A DNA stretch of 64,000 nt, taken from the NCBI GenBank assembly GCA_951406725.2, contig OX597828.1, forward strand, positions 37,386,001 through 37,450,000, in the 5' to 3' direction. Position numbers and translations under genes: made by a program. Below, piece after piece: positions 28,840 to 41,746 of the stretch; the stretch's first letter is position 1; each line of letters opens with the position of its first letter. The notes beneath the pieces are model-generated. The model saw only the letters and a program-made list of their open reading frames with translations. It was not told the origin of the DNA and made no database searches. The stretch comes from Octopus vulgaris. Taxonomy: Eukaryota.

Positions 28840-29673
28840 AGAGCGAAGGTTTCATCCTGGCTGCTCAAGATCAAAGCCTATTAACCCGGAACTACCAGGC
28901 CAATGTGATGAAAAATGGAGCAGACCCAAAATGCCGATTCTGCAACGACATGCTTGAAACAGTGGACCACCTTATCTCTGGATGTAAAGTCTTAGCACCA
29001 GTGGAGTATAAATTAAGACATGACAGAGTTGGCCAATATCTCCACTGGCTAATAAGTCGGCATTACAATTTCAAAACTGCCGACAAGTGGTATAATCACC
29101 ACCCTGAGGCTGTAACTGAAGGAGAAAATGTAACCATTCTGTGGGACTTTCCAGTACATACAGACCGAACCATCAAAGCCAATAAACCAGATATTGTTGT
29201 GAAAGACCAAAACAATAAAGTTTGCTTATTGATCGACATGAGCATCCCCTGTGATCATAATATCTCAGCGAAAGAGTTTGACAAGCTCAGAAAATATAAA
29301 GACCTACTCATTGAAATTGAGAAAATGTGGCATCTCAAGGCGGTTACAATACCAGTGATCGTAGGAGCACTAGGAATGATCAAGAAGGGAACCGAAAATT
29401 ATATGAGAATGATCCCTGGCTTACCATCCCTGCAAGAAGTGCAAAAGATTGTCTTAACTGGTACATCACACGTATTGAGAAGAGCATTGTCGATGTGAGA
29501 ACTGTTGCTGCTCATGTATTTTAATTTAACTTAAACAAAAATAAATAAATAAAAAATGAACGAACTACTGAGTTTGGTTTAATGGCCTACCAATGTATAC
29601 TCTGAGTTTCTTTGCCCTAGGAGTCGGGAAGACACTCGGCAAGAAATGGAAGCAAATTTGAAAGAGAAAAAAA
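28840..29673 (+). mobile_element. 5'-truncated R4/Dong-like non-LTR retrotransposon inserted in (TAA)n
   Basis: (TAA)n on both sides; intact C-terminal frame and 3' UTR; near-identical to the copy at 63659-64000. Confidence 0.9.
28842..29498 (+). CDS. C-terminal fragment of a LINE ORF: CCHC zinc knuckle plus restriction-like endonuclease
   Basis: SEGFILAAQDQ..CRFC..H..C, RHD, KPDIVV..LIDMSIP..K..KY, PVIVGALG. No RT domain or start codon, so not an autonomous gene. Confidence 0.85.
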   Translation, partial: SEGFILAAQDQSLLTRNYQANVMKNGADPKCRFCNDMLETVDHLISGCKVLAPVEYKLRHDRVGQYLHWLISRHYNFKTADKWYNHHPEAVTEGENVTILWDFPVHTDRTIKANKPDIVVKDQNNKVCLLIDMSIPCDHNISAKEFDKLRKYKDLLIEIEKMWHLKAVTIPVIVGALGMIKKGTENYMRMIPGLPSLQEVQKIVLTGTSHVLRRALSM

Positions 29674-29689
29674 GTAATAATAATAATAA

Positions 29690-29751
<62 letters not shown>

Positions 29752-29755
29752 TAAT

Positions 29756-30315
29756 AAATGCCCTGATGCAGTACCAGGCAGTGGCTCTCATGGCTGCTGA
29801 TCTTAACTGATTGGAAGTTTTATCATGTACATTGTTTTGTCTTGGTATGAAAGACGGGCTACAGTAAATATTCTGCTCAATACCACAGATTTGTTTGTCA
29901 GTTGTTTGACCTTTACCATTTGAGCATGTCCCTTAGTGACTGAGGATATGCGCATCTCTGATCACAAGCAGAAGTATTGGGGGAGCATCATAGCTGTGTG
30001 TTGAAAGGAATTCTTGGAGGTTTGGATAATTCACATTTGGAAACATGGGTGGTTCGTTCAACATCCTTAAACTGTCCTTATTCAGGGACCTTATGAGCGG
30101 GATGGGCTACTCGACCAGAAGAAAATTCTAACTGGGCCCCACCTGCAAGGTCATGCGCTGTTTATCTTGATATCAGATCACCATGTCGCGCACATATGGT
30201 TGTGATGCGTGTAACTGGTGTACCTTTATCAGACGGGTTGTCATGACGGGTATATTGGGATTCGTATATTTGTACCCCAGTGTCACTTTGATGGCATGCA
30301 CTGCTCTCTCACTCA
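29756..30315. mobile_element. ~560 bp non-coding insertion bounded by (TAA)n on both sides
   Basis: Sharp boundaries with (TAA)n, higher GC than flanks, no recognisable ORF. Confidence 0.55.
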
Positions 30316-30333
30316 ATAATGATAATAATAATG

Positions 30334-30394
<61 letters not shown>

Positions 30395-30410
30395 CAACAA
30401 AAATAATAAC

Positions 30411-30492
<82 letters not shown>

Positions 30493-30711
30493 GAAATTGA
30501 ATTACATGGCCAATTCATGCAACACACCAAGAATCCTGGATGCAAAGAACATTGTCTCTAGCTGACGGACGGAAACCTAAAATGAGAGACGGAAGGTCTT
30601 TAGGACGAATCTGATAAAGGAAAAGGGCGATAAAATTCAGTCAGACACCAAGTGCAAAATCTGCTGTAAGGAGACGAATCAATCAATCATCTCTTGAGTG
30701 AATGCAGTATT

Positions 30712-30934
30712 TATTTCTTTACTGGCCACAGGGGGATAAACATAGAGGGGACAAACGAGGACAAAGGGATTAAGTCGATTACATCAACCCCAGTGCGTAC
30801 CTGGTATTTATTTAATCGACTCCGAAAAGATGAAAGGCAAAGTCAACTTTGGCGGAATTTGAACACAGAACGTAACGTCAGACGAGATACTACTAAGCAT
30901 TTCGCCCAGCCTGCTAAAGGTTCTGCCAGCTCGT
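30712..30934 (-). mobile_element. SINE family A with alternative (Tx1-like) tail
   Basis: Full head and core; candidate TSD GTATT at 30707-11 and 30935-39; interrupts the R4 reading frame. Confidence 0.85.
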
Positions 30935-31113
30935 GTATTCTAGCCAAAAAGGAGTATAAACGCAGGTATGACTGTGCAGGTGAAAGAGAGCATTTGGATG
31001 TTAGCCGAGTGTGTAGCTTCAGAATAAGGAAAAGTAATATGAGCATGAACCAGAAGCTGTGGCAAGGAATGAGAATTACCGGATCTTATGGGACTTCCCA
31101 ATAAAGACTGACC

Positions 31114-31279
31114 AGGCGTAGGAGTGGCTGTGTGGTAAGTAGCTTGCTTACCAACTACATGGTTCCGGATTCAGTCCCACTGCGTGGCACCTTGGGTAAG
31201 TGTCTTCAACTATAGCCTCGGGACGACCAAAGCCCTGTGAGTGGATTTGGTAGACGGAAACTGAAAGGAGCAGGTCGTA

Positions 31280-31322
<43 letters not shown>

Positions 31323-31520
31323 ATATGTTTGTGTGTTTGTGTTTGTTCCCCCGCCACAATCGCTTGACAACCGATGCTGGTGCGTTTCGGAAAAAAAAAC
31401 CGATATGATAATTACTAGGCTTACAAAGATTGAGTCCAGGGGTTGATTTGCTCGACTAAAGGCGGTGCACCATCATGGCCACAATCAAATGACGGAAACA
31501 AGCAAAAAGAATAAAAAAAG
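31114..31520 (+). mobile_element. SINE family B, near full-length
   Basis: ggcgtaggagtggctgtgtggtaag..ccttgggtaag..(TA)n..caaatgacggaaacaag. Confidence 0.85.
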
Positions 31521-31886
31521 AACATTATTGAAGCAAGGCAACTTGATACAATTACAGAATACAAAATTAACAGACATTGTAGGATGAGAGATTTTGCAAT
31601 TAACTGTAATAAGAGAGTCACTACCAAAGAAATATCAGGATTTATCCAGAAAACTCAAGCGATTGTGGAAGACTAAGCTAATAATTATTCCTGTGGTAAT
31701 TGGTTCACTTCGCATAACACCTTAAATGCTACTTAAAAGACTGAAAGATACTGGAACTGAAAATCGCGTTGTCGACCTGAAAGAAAGTAGCCATCCATAT
31801 TTTGAAAGAATCTTAAGAAAGATACTTGAGAATATGAGGAGACTTGTTACCAAACATTCCTGCTAATTAAATTTGCCTGTACTAAC

Positions 31887-32052
<166 letters not shown>

Positions 32053-32059
32053 CAACAAA

Positions 32060-32300
32060 TGCAAGAATTTGAAGTATGGAAACTATAAAGGCTGTGCTTG
32101 TAATAATTGATGTATTTGGAACTGTGAATAGCGATACAGACTAATTATTGAAGGAGAACGGAATAGAATGCCTGTCAGAGCTTCTACAGAAACCTTGCCA
32201 CTTGGGTGCAGAGAAGACTATCAGAAGGGTTTTAATCACTTAGAAGACTGTTGAAAGATTGTGTATAGCTAAGGTTACCCGTAGTAACCAGCTACCCAAA
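32060..32300 (+). pseudogene. R4-like LINE extreme 3' fragment
   Basis: VIIDVFGTV..GIECLSELLQKPCHLGAEKTIRRVL* parallels the LQK..LLGT..ILR.VL ending. Confidence 0.65.
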
Positions 32301-32749
32301 TAATTTCTATCAGGAATAACAACGAATAAGGGTAAAACCAATGGTAATACATGATAACAATGATTTATTTGCTGCAGGATCATAAGTGAACAGGGACATC
32401 ACCAGGAGAGTCTTCAATGTAAGGGGGGGGGGTAGGAGATAAAAGTATGCATGGTAATCAAAGTAAGCGAACACATGAATGATGCCGTTCACCTGATACA
32501 GGAGAACCTCTAACAAGGGTCAATCAAGGAACCTCACAGATACAGGATTATTCTGACCACCAAAATATAACCCTTACCCGAATGGTATTCTCGAAAACAT
32601 AGACAAATGCTTAGAGCAGGTCCAAGACTGTTGTCACATTAATGTCAGTGGCTTGACATGACCACAAACAACGATTTGAATCTAGTTCAAAGTGGTGGGG
32701 CTTCAAAGTATAATAACACTGGGCGTTGATCAATTTTTTATTCTTTTAG

Positions 32750-32950
32750 ACTTTTACTTGTTTCAGTCATTTGACTGTGGCCACGCTGGAGTGCTACCTT
32801 GAAGAGTTTTACTCAAACAAATCAACCCTACGACTTTTACTTTTATGAAGTCTGGTACTTATCCTGTCGGTCAATTTTGCCGAATCACTAAGTTACGGGG
32901 ATTTAGACGCTCCATCACCGTTTGATATCCAGGGATGGGAGACAAATACA
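32750..32950 (-). mobile_element. SINE family B, 3' half
   Basis: cttttacttgtttcagtcatttgactgtggcca..ttttgccgaa..aagttacgggga. Confidence 0.7.
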
Positions 32951-33020
32951 GACACACATATACATATGCATACATACAGACATACTACATATATACCTAC
33001 ATATATGTGCGTGTATATAT

Positions 33021-33094
<74 letters not shown>

Positions 33095-33262
33095 ATATAT
33101 ATATATATATATGTATATACATGTATATATATACATGTATAATGAAATGTGGAAATTGACGATTTAAAGTCTGTTGCCAGCATATGTTTTCTCTCTAATT
33201 ACATTAGCGAAACTAATAACGTATATAAAAACGTATGTATATATATATATATATATATATAT

Positions 33263-34880
33263 AGGAATTAGGAATTAGGAATTAGGAATTAGGAATTAGG
33301 AATATCGAAACATATGTCGAGAATAAAGGATATTTGTTAACTAGTCGTTCAACTCCATTCTTTCATATACTTATAATTTTAAAATAAACATACAAATTTC
33401 CGCACGAAGACACGTAGTCTATGCCCTAGGGACGTAGCTTCAACCGTGTTTTTCCTGATGTGAATTTGCTACCCAGGTATCGGTTATCTTTCGAATTATC
33501 CTTAATAAGATAATTCATTCAACTACTCCAATATATATATCCACAGAAATTTCATTATATATATAAATTTAAATATAATTAAATTAGAACTTTTTGATAC
33601 TCTCCTATATAGGATTGAAAAAAATTCTATATATCTAGGGAAATTACTTGATTCATCTTGATTACCTCCCTTCCATTAATTTTTAATATATCTTATTTAC
33701 TCCTGATTATATTTGCTAAATTGATAAAGGTTTTTTCTACAGTTTGTAAATATTAAGTCTAGCATATTCTTTTAATTCGACTCATTAATAAAACAAATCA
33801 CCATTTACTAGCTAATCATGTTTCTATATTTATAGAAATGGATATATATATATATTTATATAAATATGAAATGATTACAAAAAAGTCTATATATCTGGAG
33901 AAATTACTTGGTTCATCTTGATTACCTCCCTTCCATTACTTTTTAATAATCTTATTGACTCCTGATATATGTGCTAAATTGATAAAGTTTTTGTTTCCAC
34001 AGTTAGTAAATATTATGTCTAACATTTTCTTTTAATTCAACCCATTAATAAAATAAATCACCATTTACTAGCTAATTATGATTATGTATTAATAGAAATG
34101 GATATATATATATATTTATATAAATATGAAATGATTTCTATATTTTCTATCCCTATATAAGATACTAATATTTATTGAAATCCTTTATAAAATTATCTAA
34201 AGGATATTTACTTAAATATCTTAATATGGAATCTGGCTGTTAAATGGTAAGGGTCATTGAAAACCTCTAGAGCACTAGTAGTCTATGTTCCCCCTACCCT
34301 TCTAACTTCAACCTACTAGCTTTTTGCTATAATACATTCAAATATATCTAAACTGAATTCCTCAAAATGGGAATGGGATTATGGTTTTGACATTTGTACT
34401 ACTCCTTCCTATATCTATAAATAGAAAAAATTCTTGTTTGTCTCCATTCAACCAAGAATAAAACCCCCTCCCCACTGAAAGATCTAAATAACAAAGTGAA
34501 CTCAGTGATAAAATCTACAGTCAGAGAGTGATCATATATCTATCATGTTCTTAAGAATGAAATCAACCTCTCTGTCTATATATCTACCCTCTTTATAATG
34601 TTGGCATATGAAATAGGGATAAGAATGTGCATTGTCCGTTTAACTGGAAAATTCTATAAGTGGCTGAAGATTGCTCGACATTTTAAAACTGATGTAATAC
34701 TTACAGTGTTTGATAAAATGAAGTAGCATGACACAGTTGTACTACTCTACGTTGGATATACTTGTTGCTTATTTTGATTATAATTACCCCATTTGATTTA
34801 TATGGATAATATACCATACAAAATGCTGGTGCCTTTAACTTAAGTACCATATTCATCTGAATCTAAATTTTACTGAACTT
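33263..34880 (+). mobile_element. Penelope-like terminal repeat followed by a putative decayed Penelope ORF region with a 260 bp tandem duplication
   Basis: 33305-33375 is identical to 404-474; duplication units 33617-33876 and 33877-34136; weak motifs KLIK..FP..SKYY and RDKN..NWKIL. Confidence 0.45.
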
Positions 34881-34968
34881 ATATATATATACATATATAT
34901 AGCTCTTCATATATCTTTCCGTTTTCTCAGTTAATATTACAATCGACATAAACGTTGCATTCTCTATG

Positions 34969-35028
<60 letters not shown>

Positions 35029-35789
35029 CATCATTATCAACTCTACTCTTACTAACACTAACACCACCATTAACAACTGCACAAACACGACCACGACTAC
35101 GACTACTGTCAGTACAGCTAATCACCATTCGTGCTAACAGCGCCACCACCAATACCACATCCATTACTACAGCTACACCAACTACCCTACCATTATTAGA
35201 ATTACTACCGCTACAACAACAATAACAACAACAGATACTACTATTACTGCCACTACTACTACTACATGAACATCGATGATGACGTTTACTGAATAATACG
35301 CTCTGATATGAAAAGACTAATGGGAACATTCACGGATATTTTAATGGCCGTCCGATAAGGGCAGAAATGCAATTTTGAATCACTATTACCTGAGTGCAAA
35401 ATATCTATATTTTAGGCTACAATACAAAGTGGTTAACGTAAATGTTTATGCTGATGACGATTATTCCAAACCTGACCGTGGCCTACACTGATGATGGCTA
35501 CCGGAGTCACCATTATCTCAGTCAGTACCTCGTTAGTACATGGTTTTGGGAAACTTATTGCATTTTATCTCCGCATTAAGTCAGCAAAAATCGTAGCGAA
35601 TAAAGACGAACGGTTCTATAAAATATTAGTTACAGGAGGAGGTGTTGTCCTTTTATTTCATAAAAGCCATAAATTATCAAATGTGTGTGCGTGTAATATA
35701 TACGTAGGTGCTCCAGCATGATCGCAGAGTTCATATGTATGTATGCATGCATGTATGTATGTATGTATGTATGTATGTATGTATGTATG

Positions 35790-35820
<31 letters not shown>

Positions 35821-37153
35821 GTCTGTCTATCTATCTGTCTGTCTATCTATCTACCTATCTCTCTCTCTCTCTTTCTCTCTCTCTTTATATATATATATGT
35901 GTCTATGTATGTATATATGACACAGATAGTGTGTCGTATAGCCAGCTGGAGACGATGTTTACTGGGGCTAAATAATAGCAGCATTCGTCCCAACTTGGCC
36001 TGTCACATTATGTTGCCAAATAATCTTTACTTTAGAGTACTGTTACTGATTGTCTCCCGTTGAGAGACTTAGAAACAATAATGTTTCTATTTATTAGGTC
36101 TATAGCAGTGTGGGAGCATTCTATTTTCTCTGCCAGTTTCCTTGTCGTTTGACGAGAATTTTAGTGCAAAATTTGGTTTCATCGCTCTTCATCGAACTCA
36201 ACTGGACAGCCAGAACGAGGTGCGTCTTTGAGGACAAAATTTCAATCTTTGAACTTGGCATACCAATCCCGAGCGGTTCTCTCAGCTATTTCCATACACA
36301 GCACAAATGTCGCGAGCAGCTTTTGCGGCCTTGGAACCTTGATTAAAAGCAAACAGTAGGTGTCGAAAATGCTCGTTTTTCTTAACTTAATATTCCATTT
36401 TATTGATCTGAAAATAAACAAAACTTAATCAAAATTAACTAGAAAAAACACAAAATAGATTCCAAAATAATTCAAAAAATAGAATTCTCAAAAAAAGGAA
36501 AAAGATTCCAAAAGTTAAAAACGCAATAAATTCCAAAATTTAACAGAAACGGCGGTAACTTAGGATTACCAGCCCAATAGAAGACACTTTCCAAAATGCT
36601 ACGCAGTGGTACTGAACTCGGAACAATGTGGTTTGGAAGCCAGTTTCTTACTTCATAGCCACGTTAAAAACAACGCATAAATGTTTCGATAATCTTCTTA
36701 AGCATAAAATAAAAGAAGGAATTTACATTTTTTATGAAAATATGCATCCGGTTTCAATCTCATAAAAAGTTGGCTTATTTATGCTGATATATATGGAAGA
36801 TATATTGCAGTAAATTAAATTAATTTCATTGGAGGTGAGCTATAACTGAAGAGGAAATGAATACTCCCAAATGCATGCATCGCACGGTCAAGTCTGGTAT
36901 CCGTGCGAACTCATTCGGTGTATTTACACCCATTTGTCAACAGCGGGAAGTTTCCTCCATGACAAAACGCAGTGAATGGGTTTCTTACGAATATGACTCA
37001 AGCACATTTGAACTGATAACAAGATCGTATATATATGAGATCATGGTCCGAGTTTTGTGGCACAGACCCTAACAGAAGTATGCCCGCCACACCTATACGC
37101 AGATGTGTGTATTTGCGTAGGCAATTAACTGCATACAAACACACACGCACACA

Positions 37154-37249
<96 letters not shown>

Positions 37250-37442
37250 CATTTTTAAATCTCTCGGAGAGTCTTATACAGTAGCAGCACGAGGTCTTTA
37301 AGAGCAGTTTTCAAACTTTTTGAAAATCTCTCTGAAACGAGAAACTCCTGTCAGTCATCTTTTATAAATACCTTAATAACTTATAAACATGTAATTATTA
37401 AAGTGGTAAAATAATCAGACAAACAATTTCTGTTTAAACAAG

Positions 37443-37670
37443 TGCAGCGTGGAAGGTGTTTAATAAGCCATTTAAGAAACAAACAAAAACCGTTAGATTC
37501 ACTTCAACATTTAAATATGATTTGCCAAGATATTTTCGTTGCTTTGAGACCGCGACCTGTTCACTGACAATATTCCGTGCTGCATCACGGAATTTTGTCA
37601 GTGAACAGGTCGCGGTCTCAAAGCGACGAAAATATTTCTTAAATGGCTTATAAACGCCTTCCACGCTGCA
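37443..37670. repeat. Fold-back with a hammerhead-like three-way junction in the arms
   Basis: Arms pair around the loop at ~37580; the right arm lacks ~50 bp present in the left arm. Confidence 0.85.
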
Positions 37671-37820
37671 ATTATTTTCGTTCTGGCACACGATCTTAGA
37701 TCAGGTCACTTGCTATGCAAATACATCTCCGTAGTTTCTGTTTATTTGTTTCAAATTTATCATACTGTACCAAGGACTTCCTATTTCTTATTCAACTATA
37801 CATATGTATATATGGATGTA

Positions 37821-37893
<73 letters not shown>

Positions 37894-37928
37894 GTCTGTC
37901 TGTCTGTCTGTCTGTCTATATATGTATA

Positions 37929-38312
37929 GGCGCAGGAATGTGTGGTAAGTAGCTTGCTTATCGACCACATGTTTCTGGGTTCAGTCCCACTGCGTGGCAC
38001 CTTGGGCAAGTGTCTTCTACTATAGCTTCGGGCCGACTAAAACCTTGAGAGTGGAGGTGGTAGACGGAAACTGAAAGAAGCCCGTCATATATATATATAT
38101 GTGTATGTGTGTGCGTATTTGTGTATCTGTGTTTGTCCTCCACACAATCGCTTAACAATTGATGCTGGTGTGTTTACGGCCATGTAACTTAGCGATTCGG
38201 CAAAAGAGACCGATAGAATGAGTACTAGCCTTCCAAAGTGCTGGATCGATTTGTTCGACTAAAAGAGCTGCTCCAGCATAGCCGTAGTCAAATGACTGAA
38301 ACAAATAAAAGA
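37929..38312 (+). mobile_element. SINE family B
   Basis: ggcgcaggaatgtgtggtaag..ccttgggcaagtgtc..gactgaaacaaataaaagaat. Confidence 0.85.
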
Positions 38313-38819
38313 ATATATATTCACTTACACCTAAATATATACGTGTGTGGCTACATGTTTTTATATAAAGATATAAAAGTTTGTAAGTATATGTCTAGAT
38401 GTATTGCATCATTTATCATTCTTTTAATGCTATGTACTACAAAATATATATATTTATCTCTTTATTAGATATGTTTTCTACGACGACAGAGAAGACGCAG
38501 AAGAAAGATTATATCTGCATATGAGATTAAAACGCCACTCCTTTTGTCTTCGTTTTATCGTCTGCACAATTCAGTGTTGCAGAGTGTACTCTATAACATA
38601 ATGTCAGAGTACAAAGCTATGTGAAGTTTAGATTGGCAGAGAAACCTTACGGCATTCCAAACTAATACCAAAAAACCATACAAATGCATTCGCGCTGAAT
38701 AACATACTTTTCTTTATTTCTTACTATGACTATATACGTATATATTCACATATATCCATACATATATATGAATGCATGTTAATTTATATGTATATACATA
38801 TACATATGTATACATGAAT

Positions 38820-39020
38820 AAGCTGTGAGGTAAGAAGCTTGCTTCCCAATCACATGGTTCTTGGTTCAGTCCCACTGCGTTGCACATTGGGCAAAGGATA
38901 AGTACTAGGCTTACAAAGAATAAGACCTGGAGCCGATTTCTTCGACTAAAACGCTTTAAGGCGGTGCTCCAGTGTGACTGTAGTCAAGTGACTGAAACAT
39001 TTAAAAGAATAAAAGAGAGT
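38820..39020 (+). mobile_element. SINE family B with internal deletion
   Basis: Head joined directly to ataagtactaggcttacaaag; the microsatellite-bearing middle is missing. Confidence 0.75.
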
Positions 39021-39021
39021 A

Positions 39022-39266
39022 AGCGTGGCTTAGTGGTTGGGGTTGTGGACTCATGATCGTAAGATTGTGGTTTCGATTTCTGGATCGGGAGACGAGTTGT
39101 GTTCTTGAGCAAAACACTTCATTTTAAGTTGCTCCAGTTCACTCAGCTGTCAAAAATGAGAAATCCTGCGACGGACTGGCGTCCCATCCAGGTGGCGAAT
39201 ATATACAACAATGAAGCCGGGAAACCGGTCTTATGACTCTATATGACTCGGGAATTAACTTTACTT
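39022..39266 (+). mobile_element. tRNA-derived SINE family C
   Basis: tggcttagtggttgg A-box, gtttcgattt B-box, ttcttgagcaaaacactt and cctgcgacggactggcgtcccatccagg (V-domain-like). Confidence 0.7.
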
Positions 39267-39593
39267 CACGTATAAACTCAAAAAAATGGAACAAGAACGA
39301 CAATAGAACATCTGACTATATAGACGATGCGAAGACAGACAGGAAAAGCAATAAAAAGTAAAGTTACCAAATCATCCTTATAGTTTCGTGTAGTTACACT
39401 TGAAGCTGTTCAAATCCGGCTGCCCCTCCCCACAAAATTTAAGCTAAGAGTGTTATTATTATTATTTTTATTTTTGGAGAAAGCAAGTGAATGCGTACGA
39501 CAACAAAGACAAAAAACAGAGAACATGTTAGACAATTAAAAATATTAACAAGAAAATAACAACATGTGTCTTTCGACTAATAAGAACGAATAA

Positions 39594-39641
<48 letters not shown>

Positions 39642-39952
39642 GTTAGATAAGGCCGGTCTTCGGGATTACCTTAGGTTTCACGTCCATAAAGTGTAAAAAA
39701 TAACTTTCCAGCTTTCCCCTTCATCATATACGCGGTAATCACATTTGGTTGAAATGGCTTATTGATGAGATTTGTTTCTTTTCTTCCCTGCTGAGATGAT
39801 TGCATTCTTTTACATCATTTTATTACCTCCGGGATAATATCAATGTTTTCGAAACATATGTTGGAAGTATAAAGATTTGAATAACGCCTGCGTTTAACAC
39901 CATTTCTCTTTATCCAGCCATCTATATACGCGCATTTATATCTGCATGTATG

Positions 39953-40019
<67 letters not shown>

Positions 40020-40554
40020 AAATTAGATAAAATGCTGCACAATCATTCTAAATGTATGTGTATGAGTGAAAAGGAGATAGTTGTATGAAATGGAAGTTTG
40101 TTTGCAATAGCTTCTATTATTTTCTGTCGCTGTTGTTACAGTCAATTGAAACGTGTGAACATCTCTAGATGCAGTTCTGAGAAATTTAGATTGTTGCCAA
40201 GTTTTACTCACGAAAGTGTGTTTTCTTTCTTTCCTTTTCGTCTCCGTTGGATGAATTCTGAAGGAGGGACTGTGATACGTTTCGACGTCTATCTCCGTAT
40301 CTGAGATAGACAAAGTGTCTGCGGAGTTTTTTGTTTTTATGCATTGTTTTTATGCATTGTTTTCTTCTTCGAAAAATTATCTTGTTTACAATCTATTGAA
40401 AATTGCAACTTCTGTTTGAGAGGGAAAATCTATAATAACAAGGAGCCAAGTGCCTCTGGATACGTTTCCTCAGAAGAAACTTATGAAATAATTTTGAATA
40501 TTTGAAAGCGAAATAAAAACACAATGGAAAACATTATTGCTGCTGCTGCTGCTG

Positions 40555-40598
<44 letters not shown>

Positions 40599-40600
40599 GT

Positions 40601-40663
<63 letters not shown>

Positions 40664-40744
40664 AATTGTTGTCTTTGTTGTTGTTATTGCTGTTCTTATC
40701 AAAAAGATATCATATGCTACTCTAGTTAGCAGGGTTGCTGTTTT

Positions 40745-41350
40745 TTGAGGTTTGCTGCGAACAGCTCTCCTCCAGTCTCAAGATTCATCTTAGAATTCTA
40801 GCAGAAAAGACGATTTCGCTTTCAACAATGCAATTCTCAATTCCTATATCCTTCAGCATAGTTTGTTAGGAAGCAGATTTGGCTTTGTGCAAAGTGCAAA
40901 AATTACCACAGAAACAATTTCGATTCCACAAACCCTTCAGCTTCCTGGTTGGTTCCTGAGGATTATCAATTTTCTCAATTTCTTTGGTATTCATTCTATT
41001 ATATTTTATTACAAAGTCTGTGGTCTCACACCGAACGTGTGCGTTTTATTTTTGTCATCAACAATAATATCTGCTCTCTTTCTTTCAATAATATGGTCAC
41101 CTTGTATGGAAAAATCCCATAAAATCATCTAATTATTATTTAACATCACAGACTCTGGATCGTGTTCGTAGCACATTTCTTACAACTTTTTTTATCCACA
41201 CTCTTGGCTACAATCACTTCCACGATAATATAGTTACGCTAATTCTTAAAGACTTTTCTGTCAGTTAAACACTTAAACACTTTTGTGCTGAAATGACGCT
41301 TTATACTTGCGTCACCTTTTCCACAGATTCGGTATTTGCTCTCAATTCTA
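40745..41350 (-). pseudogene. Decayed R4-like LINE 3' fragment
   Basis: Minus strand YEHDPESVM..ILWDFSIQGDHIIERKRADIIV; starts at the (TAA)n tract 41351-41441. Confidence 0.7.
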
Positions 41351-41373
41351 TATTATTATTATTATTGTTATTA

Positions 41374-41442
<69 letters not shown>

Positions 41443-41443
<1 letters not shown>

Positions 41444-41660
41444 GGCGGTGAACCGACAGAATCTGTAGCTCTCTGGACGAAATGCTTAGCGCCATTTCGC
41501 CCGTCACTACGTTCTGAGTTAAAACTCCGCCGAGATCGACTTTGGCTTTCGTCCTTTCGGCGTCGATAAAAAAAGCAACAGTTGAAAACTGGGGTCGAAA
41601 TAATCACCTCCTTTCCTCCCACCAAATTTTAGCCCTTGTGGCAAAATTTGAACCTATTAT
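41443..41660 (+). mobile_element. SINE family A
   Basis: ggcggtgaaccgacagaa..gaaatgcttagc..gttctgagtt..gtcgataaaa..ccttgtg, then a (TTA)n tail. Confidence 0.8.
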
Positions 41661-41704
41661 TATTATTGTTATTATTATTTTTATTTTGTTTCTGTTATTA
41701 TTGC

Positions 41705-41746
<42 letters not shown>

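Larger units (their letters stand above)
30493..31860 (+). pseudogene. Old R4-like LINE 3' fragment split by two SINEs
   Basis: ELHGQF..CKICC..HLLSECS | ILAKKEYKRRYD..EHEPEAV..ILWDFPIKTD | ..KYQDL..IPVVIGSL..RILRKIL, with stops and frameshifts. Confidence 0.8.

Noticed and set aside
33263-33303. Interstitial telomere
   Set aside because: The unit is TTAGGAA, not TTAGGG, and is explained by the element's own sequence.
35451-35520. Two CTGATGA heptamers
   Set aside because: No GAAA or cleavage-site arm follows.
36857-37072. Unique 71 aa ORF as a possible exon
   Set aside because: No recognisable domain or convincing splice context.
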